64,000 bases of DNA from assembly GCA_951406725.2 (NCBI GenBank), contig OX597826.1, positions 78,616,001-78,680,000 on the forward strand, given 5' to 3'. Position numbers and translations under genes: made by a program. The DNA is from Octopus vulgaris. Taxonomy: Eukaryota. This document shows positions 25,941-38,915 of this stretch, piece by piece; the stretch's first letter is position 1, and the number at the start of each line of letters is the position of its first letter. The notes beneath the pieces are model-generated. The model saw nothing but the letters and a program-made list of their open reading frames with translations. It made no database searches and was not told the DNA's origin.

Positions 25941-26323
25941 TTATTTTTTATTTGCTTCTAACATTAAACAGCAGCCATGCTGGGACATTGCCTTGAAGAA
26001 TTTTTAGTCAAATGAATTGACCCCAGTTCTTTTCTCAAGTCCAGTACATATTCTATCGATTTTTCCTTTTTGCCGAAATACTAATTAACGGAATGTAAAC
26101 ACACCTACACCGGTTGACAAACGCTATTGGAGGACAAACACACATGTTTTTATATATATATACACACATGTTTATATATATATATATATACCACGAGCTT
26201 CTTTCAGTTTCCCTCCAATAGTAGAAAACACTTGCCAAAGGAGTCACACAATCGGACTGAACTCTGGATCTTATGGTTGAGAAGCAAGCTTCTTCTTCTT
26301 ACCACACAGCCATGCCTGCACCT
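25941..26323 (-). mobile_element. SINE family A, old diverged copy
   Basis: CAGCCATGCTGGG...CTTCTTTCAGTTTCC...AACACTTGCC...TTACCACACAGCCATGCCTGCACC. Confidence 0.8.
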
Positions 26324-26338
26324 ATATATATATATACA

Positions 26339-26394
<56 letters not shown>

Positions 26395-26438
26395 TATACA
26401 TATATACAGCATACATATATATATATACTATATATATC

Positions 26439-26498
<60 letters not shown>

Positions 26499-26512
26499 AT
26501 AATAATATATAC

Positions 26513-26561
<49 letters not shown>

Positions 26562-26678
26562 ATATACATATACATATACATATATATACATATATATAGC
26601 ATACATATATATATACTATATATATCATATATATGTATATATAGCATACATATATATATATACTATATATATCATATA

Positions 26679-26750
<72 letters not shown>

Positions 26751-27014
26751 ATATACACACACACGTGTTCATGGGCTTGTTGGTTTTGCCTGGTGTTTGC
26801 ATTCGAATAGATTTGATCTTTATGTTGTAGATTGAACGTTTCACTCTCTTATATTTCGGTGCAAATAGCTTAAAGAGATTAGAAGAGAATTAAAAGAGCT
26901 TCTCCAGTGTAACTCTTTGCTTTCCCCTACAATATATATTTGCCAGCTGAAATAATGCATGCTATCATATTAAATGCACTTTAAGTGAGCATACGTTGGG
27001 ATAAATGCACGGCT

Positions 27015-27033
27015 GTTGTTACTATTACCATTG

Positions 27034-27094
<61 letters not shown>

Positions 27095-27149
27095 CATTAT
27101 TATTATTATTATTATTATCATTATTGTTGTTGTTGATGTTGTTGTTGTT

Positions 27150-27217
<68 letters not shown>

Positions 27218-27249
27218 CATTATTGTTGTTGTTGCTGTTGTTGTTGTTG

Positions 27250-27308
<59 letters not shown>

Positions 27309-27336
27309 ATTATTGTTGTTGTTGCTGTTGTTGTTG

Positions 27337-27370
<34 letters not shown>

Positions 27371-27399
27371 TATATTTATTGTTGTTGTTACTGCTGTTG

Positions 27400-27473
<74 letters not shown>

Positions 27474-27504
27474 GGTGTTGTTGGTAATGGTGTTCTTGTT
27501 GTTG

Positions 27505-27578
<74 letters not shown>
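27015..27578. repeat. Compound (ATT)n/(GTT)n tract with recurring higher-order blocks
   Basis: Direct reading; source of the poly-N/I/L ORFs. Confidence 0.97.
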
Positions 27579-27702
27579 TCTTTTGGTTTTTTTACATGGT
27601 TCTTTCATCCTAAATTCCAACAAATGCTACTTTTGTTATTTGATCGTTCGATGTAGGTCAATAACACCTTTCATGTCGATTGAAATGCAAGCATGCATGA
27701 GG

Positions 27703-27734
<32 letters not shown>

Positions 27735-27851
27735 TGTGTGTGTGTGTCAGTAAGAGTATCTGTAAGTGTGTATGAAATACCTGTCTATGTATGAATGCAT
27801 CAAACTTCTTTTTTTTTTATAACAATACACATACACGCACACACCCGCAAA

Positions 27852-27912
<61 letters not shown>

Positions 27913-28054
27913 GTTGATGCATGCTTATGCACGTGTGTGTTGTTTGTATGTTTATGTTCTATGTATTCCTGTGCAAATATTGAAGGAAAGTGAATGAAAG
28001 CGATGAAGAATACAGAACCCAAAGATATGAAGATTCATACACAAACACACACAC

Positions 28055-28125
<71 letters not shown>

Positions 28126-28140
28126 TATTCATATATATTC

Positions 28141-28180
<40 letters not shown>

Positions 28181-28237
28181 ATATATGCATACATATATAT
28201 AACATATATATATATATACATATATATATACGTATAC

Positions 28238-28333
<96 letters not shown>

Positions 28334-28490
28334 GCACAAACGCACACACATTCATATACTATACAAGTAAGAAAACAAAGAATGAATTTAGTGCTTACAC
28401 ACACGCACACGCACACGTGAGCGCACATATGTTCTTACGAAAATGTGTGTGTGTGAGTGTGTGTACGTGTGCGCGAATACCTGCGAGTGA

Positions 28491-28650
28491 GTGTGTGTGT
28501 GCATACAAATGTAAACGTACTCCAAACGTACTGGAATTATTTATTCGAAAGTCGTAGATTATCTCGTCCGGTGTGTGTGTGCATACAAATGTAAACGTAC
28601 TCCAAACGTACTGGAATTATTTATTCGAAAGTCGTAGATTATCTCGTCCG
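28491..28650. repeat. Perfect 80-bp tandem duplication
   Basis: 28491-28570 is identical to 28571-28650. Confidence 0.95.
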
Positions 28651-29105
28651 TAACTTCTCGTGTTTTCTCGTTTCCGCTGTCATTCAAGCAACGGGAATTG
28701 ACTGAGGAAGATATGATGTGGGTAAACACCGACTGTATCCATTTCCATTCGATGAAAGCGCCCAAGTAAGAGATTCCAGTGGCAGCACTTGATGGTAGAA
28801 TATTCTGTATGTCAAAGCCTGGCATTGGCAAATATCTTCGAGAAGCGAATTGCATGACACATGAATCAAAAGGCAGACTACACAGCTAAAAAATTCAAGG
28901 TCATTTTTCGTTAGGCTTGCCATTCGGAACGACCCGCAGGCCGCAGGTGGCCCGTAGCCCGCAGGTAACCCGCAGGTGGCCCGCAGCCCGCAAGTGGACC
29001 GCAGCCCGCAGGTGGACCGCAGCCCGCAGGTGGACCGCAGTCCGCAGGTAGACCGCAGGTGGCCAGCAGGCCGCATGTGACCCGCTGGCCCTAGTACGCC
29101 ATGAT
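28600..29105 (-). mobile_element. Probable hAT (Charlie/SPIN-like) left end with an expanded 18-bp subterminal repeat
   Basis: Minus strand begins ...TACTAGGGCCAGCGGGTCACATGCGGCC, like the hAT terminal ACTACGGCCCGCGGGCCACATGCGGCCC; 18-bp unit GCAGCCCGCAGGTGGACC at ~28930-29075. Confidence 0.55.
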
Positions 29106-29566
29106 TAATCTAAACCCTTTAATTGATGGAAATTACACGAAAAATATAAGAAGAGTAAGCGAATGATCTCTTATAAGGTAAACCATCCCATTTGGATCTT
29201 GAAAGACTTGACTACAATAAAAATTAGAGACTCAAAAAGATAAAATGTCGCAATTTGTTTTTTTTTTGTTAGTTTTATGGCTATCAAAACATGACATTTT
29301 TCGGATAAATTTAGAGTGCCTTTCTAATTTCTTGATTATAACTACCACCACCGCCACCTCTTACTATTATAATACTATTATAATACCCTTACTATTATAA
29401 CAACTATCCTTTCCATCGCTGCCATCCTCACCGATTCTGCAATCCCCAACCGCCTCCCTACTTTCACTTCCACCTTAAGGGTGCCACCCTGATGATCACT
29501 GCGCCAACCCATCAGCACCACCACTACAACCATCTCAGCAAGACCACTTCACCATTAAAAAGAATT

Positions 29567-29890
29567 GACACTCCGTTGATTACGAAGACGAGGGTTCCAG
29601 ATGATCCGATCAATGGAACAGCCTGCTCGTGAAATTAACGTGCAAGTGGCTGAGTACTCCACAGACACGCGTGTCCTGAACGTAGTCCTCAAGGAGCTTC
29701 AGCGTGACAGGGAATGTTACGAGGCTGGCCCCTTTGTAATTACTGGTACAACTCGTTTTTGCCAGCCGAGTGGACTGAGGCAACGAGAAATAAAATGTCT
29801 TGGCTCAAGGACACAATGCGCCGCCGGGAATCGAACTCACGACCTTTCGATTGTGAGCCGAATACCGTAACCACTAAGCCACGCGACTTC
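29567..29890 (-). mobile_element. tRNA-derived SINE, family D (E-like head/core + C-like tail)
   Basis: Head GCGTGGCTTAGTGGTT...GAGTTCGATTCCC, then GTGTCCTTGAGCCAAGACATTTTATTTC, then tail GTCTGTGGAGTACTCAGCCACTTGCACGTTAATTTCACGAGCAGGCTGTTCC. Confidence 0.88.
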
Positions 29891-30323
29891 ACTTCCCCTT
29901 TACCACTGCAACCAACCGCCGCCACTACAACCACAGCCACAACCATTACTTCCATCACTACTACAAGTGATACTACCGCCTGTACTAGCACCCCACCCAT
30001 CTCTACCACCACTGTCACTACCACTGTTACTACCACCACCATTACTGATACTACAACCGCCACCACCGTAACCCTCATCAATACTACTACGACCACTACC
30101 ACAGCCATTTATACCACTGTAACCATTACCACCATCACCATTCCTGACAAAAACCAAAAACTGTTGAGCGTTAGTGGGAGGCGATGGATCAAGTTGCTTT
30201 CATGTTAATCGAAGGTCTTTAAAAAAAACAACAGAAACTCGTAATGAATAGGTAGGTAATTAAATCAAATTGACAATTATAATTAAGATTATAAGCTTAA
30301 CTGCAACACTTACTTCCTCGTGT

Positions 30324-30379
<56 letters not shown>

Positions 30380-30466
30380 GAGAAAGAGATTCATGGAAGA
30401 TAAGTAGGTAGGTAGGTTGGTTGGTTGGTTGGCTGGTTGGTTGGTAGGCTATTTGGTAGGCAGGTC

Positions 30467-30567
<101 letters not shown>

Positions 30568-30599
30568 GTAGGTAGACAGACAGACAGACAAACAGATAA

Positions 30600-30650
<51 letters not shown>

Positions 30651-30651
30651 T

Positions 30652-30700
<49 letters not shown>

Positions 30701-30959
30701 AAGATAGATAGATAGATAGATACACATACAGACAGACAGACATTCGTTAGAATATAATGTCTGTCTATCTTCTGCACCCACTATTCCTGGCGCACCTCGT
30801 CCACAGGGTCCTATCAGAATCAACCGTCCATTAGCTTTCTCCAATGGATTCTCAATCGTTACCAACTGAGACGCTGCATATCATCCAGCCATTTCGTCCT
30901 TGATCTACGTACAGCCACCTGCCGGCTGGTTCAGCTTGAAGAATATGTCTTGCGGTTAA

Positions 30960-31165
30960 GGCGGCGAGCTGGCAGAAACGTTAGCACGCCGGACGAAATG
31001 CTTAGCAGTGTTTCGTCTGTCTTTACGTTCTGAGTTCAAATTCCGCCGAGGTCGACTTTGCTTTTCATCTTTTCGGAGTCGATAAATTAAGTACCAGTTG
31101 CGTACTGGAGTCGACTAGCACCCTCCCCCAAAATTTCGGGCCTTGGGCCTAGAGTAGAAAAGAAT
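30960..31165 (+). mobile_element. SINE family B (tail type 1) with ~16-bp TSD
   Basis: Full head GGCGGCGAGCTGGCAGAAACGTTAGCACGCC; flanked by AAGAAT(A/G)TGTCTTGCG. Confidence 0.9.
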
Positions 31166-31427
31166 GTGTCTTGCGATTCTTTCCTGTCGCCTTCTGATCC
31201 CATTCTAGAGTTGTGACTTCTCAAGGTGACAGCTTTAGAATCTATGCGTTCCTTGACACTGATGAACATCTCCAGCTCATCGGGTGCGCAGAGAATCTGA
31301 TTTGTTAAATGTCTGGAAATATTCTTAGTTGATATCCCACACAATAGTATTTGCGAGAGAATGGAATGGCATCGTAGACGCGCGCCGAGTGGAAGCAGAA
31401 AACAAGAGGAAAAAGTCTGGAAATATT

Positions 31428-31808
31428 CTTGCTGGAGTGGCTTTGTGGATAAGAAGTTTAATTCGCAACCATATGATCGCAGGTTCAGTGCCACTACATG
31501 GTACTATAGACCCAGGCCGACCAAATCCAAATCCTTGTGAGTGGATTTAGTGGGCGGAAACTGAAAGAAGCTCATTGAGTGTATGTTTGTGTTTGTGTAT
31601 GTCCCCCACCACTTGACAACCGGTGTTGGTTTGTTGACGTCCGCGTGAGCTATCGGTTTGACAAAACGGTCCGGTGGAATAAGTATCAGTCTATAAAAAC
31701 AAATGAATATTGGGTTCGATTTATTCGACTAACCCCCCCCCCCCCAAGCGGTGCTCCAGCATGGCTACAGTCCAATGACTAAACCAAATGAAGGATAAAA
31801 CAAAAGAC
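31428..31808 (+). mobile_element. SINE family A, diverged
   Basis: GGAGTGGCTTTGTGG...GGTTCAGTGCCAC...GGAAACTGAAAGAAGC...GCGGTGCTCCAGCATGG. Confidence 0.85.
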
Positions 31809-31944
31809 GATACTAAAAAGGACATATCTGTTCGGACATTGAATGGGAAAGCAATGGATTTATGCCCAGATCAACCGTGATCGTGAGCATCGTTAATCAA
31901 AACGTTCCAGGCATGACCATCTCATCTTATTCTCAAATAACATG

Positions 31945-32147
31945 GCAGTAGGCCAACCATTTTAGTGGGGGTGGGTGGAGATTGCATTGATCCTAGAGCT
32001 CTTAACTGGTGAATTGGTTTAATGGACCTCTAAAGGATGACAGGCAAAGTCGACCTCGGCAGAATTTAAACTCAGGACGTAAAGTCGAAAGAAATACCGC
32101 AAAGCATCTTGTCCGGCGTGCCAACGATTCTGCCAGGTCGTTGCCTT
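31945..32147 (-). mobile_element. SINE family B, diverged
   Basis: AAAGGATGACAGGCAAAGTCGACCTCGGCAGAATTTAAACTCAG...CCGGCGTGCCAACGATTCTGCCAG. Confidence 0.82.
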
Positions 32148-32254
32148 ATTTTCGGTTAAGGTGGGAGGGAACAGTTTGTGGCGGTTTGGACTGCTATTTC
32201 TAGCTATCCTGTAAAGGAATTGTTAACTTGTCATTTGTCAAGTGAACAGTAACG

Positions 32255-32800
32255 GCGGCAATGGCGGCGGCGGCGGCAGGGGTGGCAGCAGTGGCGATGG
32301 TAACAGTGGCGACAGGAATGGTGGTGGTGGTGGTGGTGGTGGTAATGGTGATAGATGAGGGCGGTGGTGTGGTAATTACGGTGATGGTAACAGTGGCGAC
32401 AGGAACGGTGGTGGTGGTGGCGGCGCTTGCGCAGTGATGTTAGTGGCAATGATGGTGGTGGTGGTGGTGGTGGTAATGGTGGTGGTGGTAATGGTGGTAA
32501 TGGTGGTGGTGGTGGTGGTGGTGGTGGTGGTAATGGTGGTGGTGGTAATGGTGGTAATGGTGGTGGCGGTGGTGGTGGTGGTGGTGGTGGTGGTGGTGGT
32601 GGTGGTAATGGTGGTGGTGGTGGTGGTGGTAATGGTGGTGGTGGTGGTGGTGGTGGTGGTGGTAATGGTGGTGGCAATAGTGGTGGTGGTGGTGATAATG
32701 GTAATGGTGGTGGTGGTGGTGGTGGTGGTGGTGGTGGTGGTGGTGGTGGTGGTGGTAATGGTGATGGCAATAGTGGTGGTGGTGGGAGCAATGGTAATCC
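32255..32800. repeat. (GGT)n-based low-complexity tract
   Basis: Direct reading; source of the poly-G/P/V ORFs. Confidence 0.95.
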
Positions 32801-33335
32801 TAATGGTATGGCAGTGACCGTGCTACAGGACGTGATAACAAGAATATTGGGAATAATAGCAGTGGTAGTAATGGGAGGAGGAATAAGGAGGAGTAGGAGG
32901 AGGAGCATGAAGATGATGATAATGATGATGATGATGACGATGGGGAAGATTTTTCTGGATTTTCATGAATTATGAAAAATAAACTATAAAATATCTATGC
33001 TGTGTGTTCACCACTGCAAACAATGCTCGCACACATACACACGCGTGTACACGCATGCATTCACACACACACGCACACACACACACACACACATATGCAC
33101 GCGTACAAACTCACACAGAGACATTAACACAGGTGTGTATCTAACACACCTCCAATCCATGTACACACATATATACACACGTGAAAGCGATATATGCATA
33201 ATCATAAATTACCCGTATAGCTTGTGCTAAACATACATAAAAACGTACACACACACACACACAGAGGAACTTACATACAAAGCTTCACACAGTTATACAC
33301 TCGTCCTTATAACACACACTATACGTTATACACCC

Positions 33336-33380
<45 letters not shown>

Positions 33381-33567
33381 TATGCACATATAAACGCATA
33401 CATACACACACACAAATATAGTGTGTATATTACACACATAAACCCCTATACAAACCAACACAAAACACACGTATTCAAAATATACACCCACACATTTTAA
33501 GTTAAACACACACAGGGTATACACCCACCGAACACACGCGCTCAACATATAAACACACTGTGCTCAT

Positions 33568-33617
<50 letters not shown>

Positions 33618-33755
33618 CACACACATTTTAAACTACACATCCGCGCATATACGCATTCCATGCATCCGCATATACACACCTGACAGACGTATACACACAT
33701 TACACACACGTGCATATACACCATTGCACACACGTTTCCATAAACCCACTCTGCT

Positions 33756-33800
<45 letters not shown>

Positions 33801-34031
33801 ACATATACATACACTACAGACACCCCGCCCATACACACACACACACGTATATACACACACACACACTATACACACATCAAAGATTAAAAACGGCTCACTT
33901 CAAACCCCTTGTATGTTTATATTTTCAATGTAACAGTTGACTTTTCGCTCCATAAATTAAAAATCTCTCACTAAAAAAAACCACAGAAAAACAACAACAA
34001 ATAAAACTATTTTCTAACAATTTTAATTAGC

Positions 34032-34090
<59 letters not shown>

Positions 34091-34113
34091 TAATAATAAT
34101 GATGATGATGATT

Positions 34114-34169
<56 letters not shown>

Positions 34170-35594
34170 AATAAAACTTGAGGGACCTCGTTTATGTAGT
34201 GATTTAGTTAATGTGTGCCAATGGTGTCGGGGCTGCTGTTGTTTTTGTGGGGTGGATGGCGGCGGCGATGTTAGAGTGGTGGTGGTTGTGATGGTGGTTT
34301 TGATGGTGGCGGTGGTGGTTGTGATGGTGGTGGTGGTGGTGGTGGTGGTGGTGGTGGCTTTTGGTGTTTGGGGTGGTAGCAATGGTGAAGGTGATGGTGG
34401 TGGTGGTTGTGGCTGTTGATGTGGTGGGGGGGGGAGTCGCTATTGGCGGCGGCGGCGGTGGCGGTGGTGGTGGTGGTGGTGGTGGTGGTGGTGGTGGTGG
34501 TGGTGGTGGTGGTGGTGGTGATGGTGGATGTTGTTTGGGGTGGTAGCAATGGCTATAGTGAAGGTGATGGTGGTGGTTGTGGCTGTTGATGTGGGGGGGA
34601 GTCGCTGTCGATGGTGGCTTTTGTTGTTGTTGTTGTTGTGATAGCGATTGGGATTCGTAGCTGTGGTTGTTGTTGTCTTTATTCCTGTTGCTCTTGTTCG
34701 TGTTGTTGTTTGTTATCGATGTTTGTGTGGTTGTTGTTATTGTCGCCGTTGTATATGTTGTTGTTGTTGCTGTTATTATTTCTTTTTATTATTATTGTCG
34801 TTATTGACATTTCTGTTTGTTGTTGTTGTTGTTGTTGTTGCGGTGGCGATAGCGGGGGTGGCTGCTGCTGTTGTCGTTGTTGTTCTTGTTGCAGCTAACT
34901 TTATTTTGCTTTAGTTTCCAATTTCTTTCTTTCTTTTTTCTGTTTTTTTTTTTGTTTTCGTTTTCTATTCTTTCATAAACTATTCCAAAAAATTATCTTT
35001 TGTGTATTCACCCGAGATTAAATAATGAAGAACTTTCAGGAAAAATGTTTTTCTTTGTTATATACGTGTCTTTGCTTTGATTTTTAATTTTTTTTTATTT
35101 TTAATTTTTAATTGCCAGTTTTTTTTTGTTTTTTCTCCACTTTTTGTAGGGGTTATGTGTGTAGGTGGGGTATATGTGTACGGGGGGGAGGGAGTTCGCT
35201 GCTTTTATTCTACATGGAGTTTAAAATTATTTAGCTTGTTAAAGTTATGGCGGTGATAGTCTTATGTGTTTTTCCTGGGTGTTTTAATATGTTTTTTATC
35301 TTCTGCTCACTCAGGCAGTGTACTGTTTTAGGAAGCTTTTGAGAGAAAGAAAAATATATGTTACCTGATAGATTTACAGGCAAATCATGATAATTAAGGC
35401 CTGGGAGAAGCGGTTGAGCGACTCGGAATTACGCCCGTTTATACTCGGAGTTCAAACTAAGCGAAACCGAACTGAGAACGCCGGGTTTTCGTAGATTTTG
35501 CGTGAATGAATGATCAGAAAGCTGGGTCTCAGTTGTCGCAAAATACTTGTGAAGTTCATAAAATCATAGCCTCTCAAAGTAGGCGCTACCGCCC

Positions 35595-35743
35595 GAGGGC
35601 GCACACTCTCCTACCCTGATGTAATTTCCAGGGATACAGCCATCCAGCAACAGGACCTCCGTAATACCATGATGGACCGTGAAGTCTGGCGTAGCATGGT
35701 AAATTCCATTGTCTCGACCACGGTCGAACAATGAGGATGATGA
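35595..35743 (+). mobile_element. 3' terminal fragment of an RTE-type LINE
   Basis: Reads GRTLSYPDVISRDTAIQQQDLRNTMMDREVWRSMVNSIVSTTVEQ* (C-terminal DR..WR motif), followed by a (TGA)n tail. Confidence 0.75.
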
Positions 35744-35871
35744 GGCGTTCAGAGGATCCAAGTGGGCGCTGGTGCCTAAGGGGGCACTGGAGAAATAGGG
35801 GGTGTTGGGAGGAAAGCAGTGAATTGGGGGACGTTATGAATTTATTATGATATTATTATAGTACAAACTAT

Positions 35872-36035
35872 ATAAGTGGCTGTGTGGTGAGTAGCTTGCT
35901 TACCACCCACATAGTTCCGGGTTCAATCCCGCTGCGTGGCACCTTCGGCAAGTGTCTTCTACTATAGCCTCGGGCCGACCAAAGCCTTGTGAGTGGATTT
36001 GGTAGACGGAAACTGAAAGGAGCCTGTCGTGTATA

Positions 36036-36078
<43 letters not shown>

Positions 36079-36298
36079 ATGTGTGTTTCTGTGTCTGTGT
36101 TTGTCCCACCAACATCGCTTGACAAACAACCAATGCTGGTGTGTTTACGTCCCCGTAACGTAGCGGTTCGGCAAAAAGTGCCCGATAGAATACGTACTAG
36201 GCTTACAAAGAATAAGTCCTGGGGTCGATTTGCTCGATTAAAGGCGGTGCTCCAGCATGGCCACAGTCAAATGACTGAAACAAGTGAAAGAGAGTAAA
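35872..36298 (+). mobile_element. SINE family A
   Basis: Full head, body and tail as at 24978. Confidence 0.9.
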
Positions 36299-36616
36299 AA
36301 TAGTAATATCATTAAATATCAAATGATTCATAGTATATATAAATTAGTAAAGTATAAGATATTTATTTATACATAAAAATAGGGGTGGGGCGCTGAGGGT
36401 ATTATATGGCCATGAGGAGAGCGGTGATCCAAAATGTTTGAGAACCTCTGATAAAATGATCAACCGACAAAGCCGCATAGATTAAAGCAACCAGTGATGA
36501 AAACAACCTACTTGCTTTGCCTGCGAGAAATAGCAGTCAAACTTATTCATGTCACTTTCCATTGTCTTAAAAAAGTAGAACGTGAATGTGGTTAATAATA
36601 TTCCTGTATATACTAT

Positions 36617-36780
36617 GCCTGTGGCTGTGTGGTAAGTAGCTTGTTTACCAACCACATGGTTCCGGGTTCAGTCCCACTGCGTGGCACCTTGAGCAAGTGT
36701 CTTCTACTATAGCCTCGGGCCGACCAAAGCCTTGTGAGTGGATTTGGTAGACGGAAACTGAAAGAAGCCCGTCGTATATA

Positions 36781-36816
<36 letters not shown>

Positions 36817-37046
36817 TGTGTGTGTTTGTGTGTCTGTGTTTGTCCCCCTAGCATTGCTTGACAACCGATGCTGGTGTGCATATGTCCCCGTTACTTGGCG
36901 GTTCGGCAAAAGAGACCGATTGAATAAGTACTGGGCTTACAAAAGAATAAGTCCCGGGGTCGAGTTGCTCGATTAAAGGCGGTGCTCCAGCATGGCCGCA
37001 GTCAAATGACTGAAACAAGTAAAAGAGTAAAAAGAGTAAAAGAGTA
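36617..37046 (+). mobile_element. SINE family A
   Basis: Full head, body and (GAGTAAAA)n tail. Confidence 0.9.
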
Positions 37047-37185
37047 TCATAGCGAAAATGTCTTTGGTCTGTAACTCGATCAGACATGACCCAGGGTTAA
37101 TATAAACATCGACTTAACCAAAATACTTTTCGTCTTCAAGGTATATGAATGCAGAGAAACATTGAGAGAGTTTTTTGCAATGGTA

Positions 37186-37760
37186 TATTCTTTTCTACTC
37201 TAAGCACAACGCCTGAAATTTTAGGGAAGGGGGGGCCAGTCGACTAGATCGACCCCAGTACGCAACTGGTACTTAATTTATTGACCCCAAAAGGATGAAA
37301 AGCAAAGTCGACCTCGGCGGAATTTGAACTCAGAACGTAAAGACAGACGAAATACTTATTTCTATTTCTTTACAACCCACAAGGGGCTAAACACAGAGAG
37401 GACAAACAAGGACAGACAAACGGATTAAGTCGATTATATCGACCCCAGTGCGTAACCCCGAAAGGATGAAAGGCAAAGTCGACCTCGGCGGAATTTGAAC
37501 TCAGAACGTAAAGACAGACGAAATACCTATTTCTATTTCTTGACTACCCACAAGGGGCTAAACACAGAGAGGACAAACAAGGACAGACAAACGCATTAAG
37601 TCGATTATATCGACCCCAGTACGTAACTCGTACTTATTTAATCGACCCCGAAAGGATGAAAGGTAAAGTCGACCTCGGCGGAATTTGAACTCAGAAGGTA
37701 AAGACAGACAAAATACCGCTAAGCATTTCGTCCAGAATGCTAACGATTCTGCCATCTTGT
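37186..37760 (-). mobile_element. SINE family B head-to-tail trimer (tail2-tail2-tail1)
   Basis: Three copies of AAAGTCGACCTCGGCGGAATTTGAACTCAGAA; both junctions read GACAGACGAAATAC(C/T)TATTTC. Confidence 0.9.
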
Positions 37761-38099
37761 CGCTTTGTGAATTAGCCACTATTTAGTAGTAAGTAGTTAC
37801 CGTAGCGTAGGGAGAGTTTACTGTTGTAAGTGGTGGGAGTTGGTTGTTCTATTATTTTCCAATGTTAATCCCTATGTTTGATAAGAAACTTGGAAGATGT
37901 TTAAGGAACTCACTCCGAAGGATTCAGATATGGAAAACAAAATTGAAAGAATACGTAATGAGTTTTCAGATGCCTCTCTTCGATGCGAAAGTAAACTTTT
38001 TAATTGCAACTAAACGCCTGGCTGACTCAATAAGGCATCATCAGAAAGACCAGCCGCCTTTGTACCCAACCACCTGAGTTGTAATATAGCATTGCAAAA

Positions 38100-38915
38100 A
38101 AGAGCTGGCAGACACGTTAGCACTCCCCACAAATTCCTGACCTTGTGCCAAAATTTGAAACCAATATTAGAAACGGATTAAGGCAGCGAGCTAGCAGAAT
38201 CGTTAGAGACATTTCTTCCGGTTCTTTACCATCTGAGTTCAAATCTCATCGATGTCAGGTTTACTGTTCATCCTTTCGAGATCGATAAAATTCGTACCAA
38301 TTGAGCATTGTATTCAATCTAGTCTCTCTTTTGAAATTGCTGTTCTTGTGCCAAACTAATAACAATTAAGAAGGAGACGGACTGCAGTGATTATAATGAA
38401 ACTGACGCCGGGAAGGGTCATGCTTGAGCTCCAGCTGGATTATTTTTTCTATCACACACATGGCATTTGTAACCCACCAGTACATGACTGGTACTTCTTG
38501 TATCGACCCCGAAGGATGAAAAGCAAGTCGACCTCGGCGGAATTTGAACTTAGAATGTAAAGACAGATGAAATGCCGCTAAGCATTTCGCCCAGAGCGGT
38601 TTGGGATTGAAATAAGGATAAACCAAAAACATACTGAAATGGAGCAGTGTGGTTGAATAACGGAATTGTTAGACCATATATACTGTGAGTTCAAATCCCG
38701 CCGAGGTCAACTAAAGTCGATATAGTGCTTTCTAATTTTGGCACAAGGCCAGCAATTTTGAGGGGAGGGGCAAGTCGATTTTATCGACCCGAGTACTCAA
38801 TAGGTATTTATTTTTATCAACCTTGAAAGGATGAAAGACATTTGAATTCAGAACATAAAACCAATAGAAAAACCGCCAAACATTCTGTTCGAGATGCGAT
38901 CGATTCTGCCCGCTC
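38100..38915. mobile_element. Cluster of decayed family B SINE fragments in both orientations
   Basis: GAGCTGGCAGACACGTTAGC, CTGAGTTCAAAT, GTCGACCTCGGCGGAATTTGAAC and GGCACAAGGCCAGCAATTTT pieces. Confidence 0.75.

Larger units (their letters stand above)
35565..36450. mobile_element. Decayed hAT-type MITE containing nested RTE and SINE insertions
   Basis: Ends CATAGCCTCTCAAA / TTTGAGAACCTCTG (CAGAGGTTCTCAAA-type TIR), with ATAAAAT on both flanks. Confidence 0.55.

Noticed and set aside
26970-27753. Poly-Asn/Ile/Leu ORFs of 143-245 aa
   Set aside because: Pure (ATT/GTT)n microsatellite.
32231-32975. Formin-like poly-Pro or Gly-rich protein
   Set aside because: A (GGT)n tract open in multiple frames on both strands, with no flanking domain.
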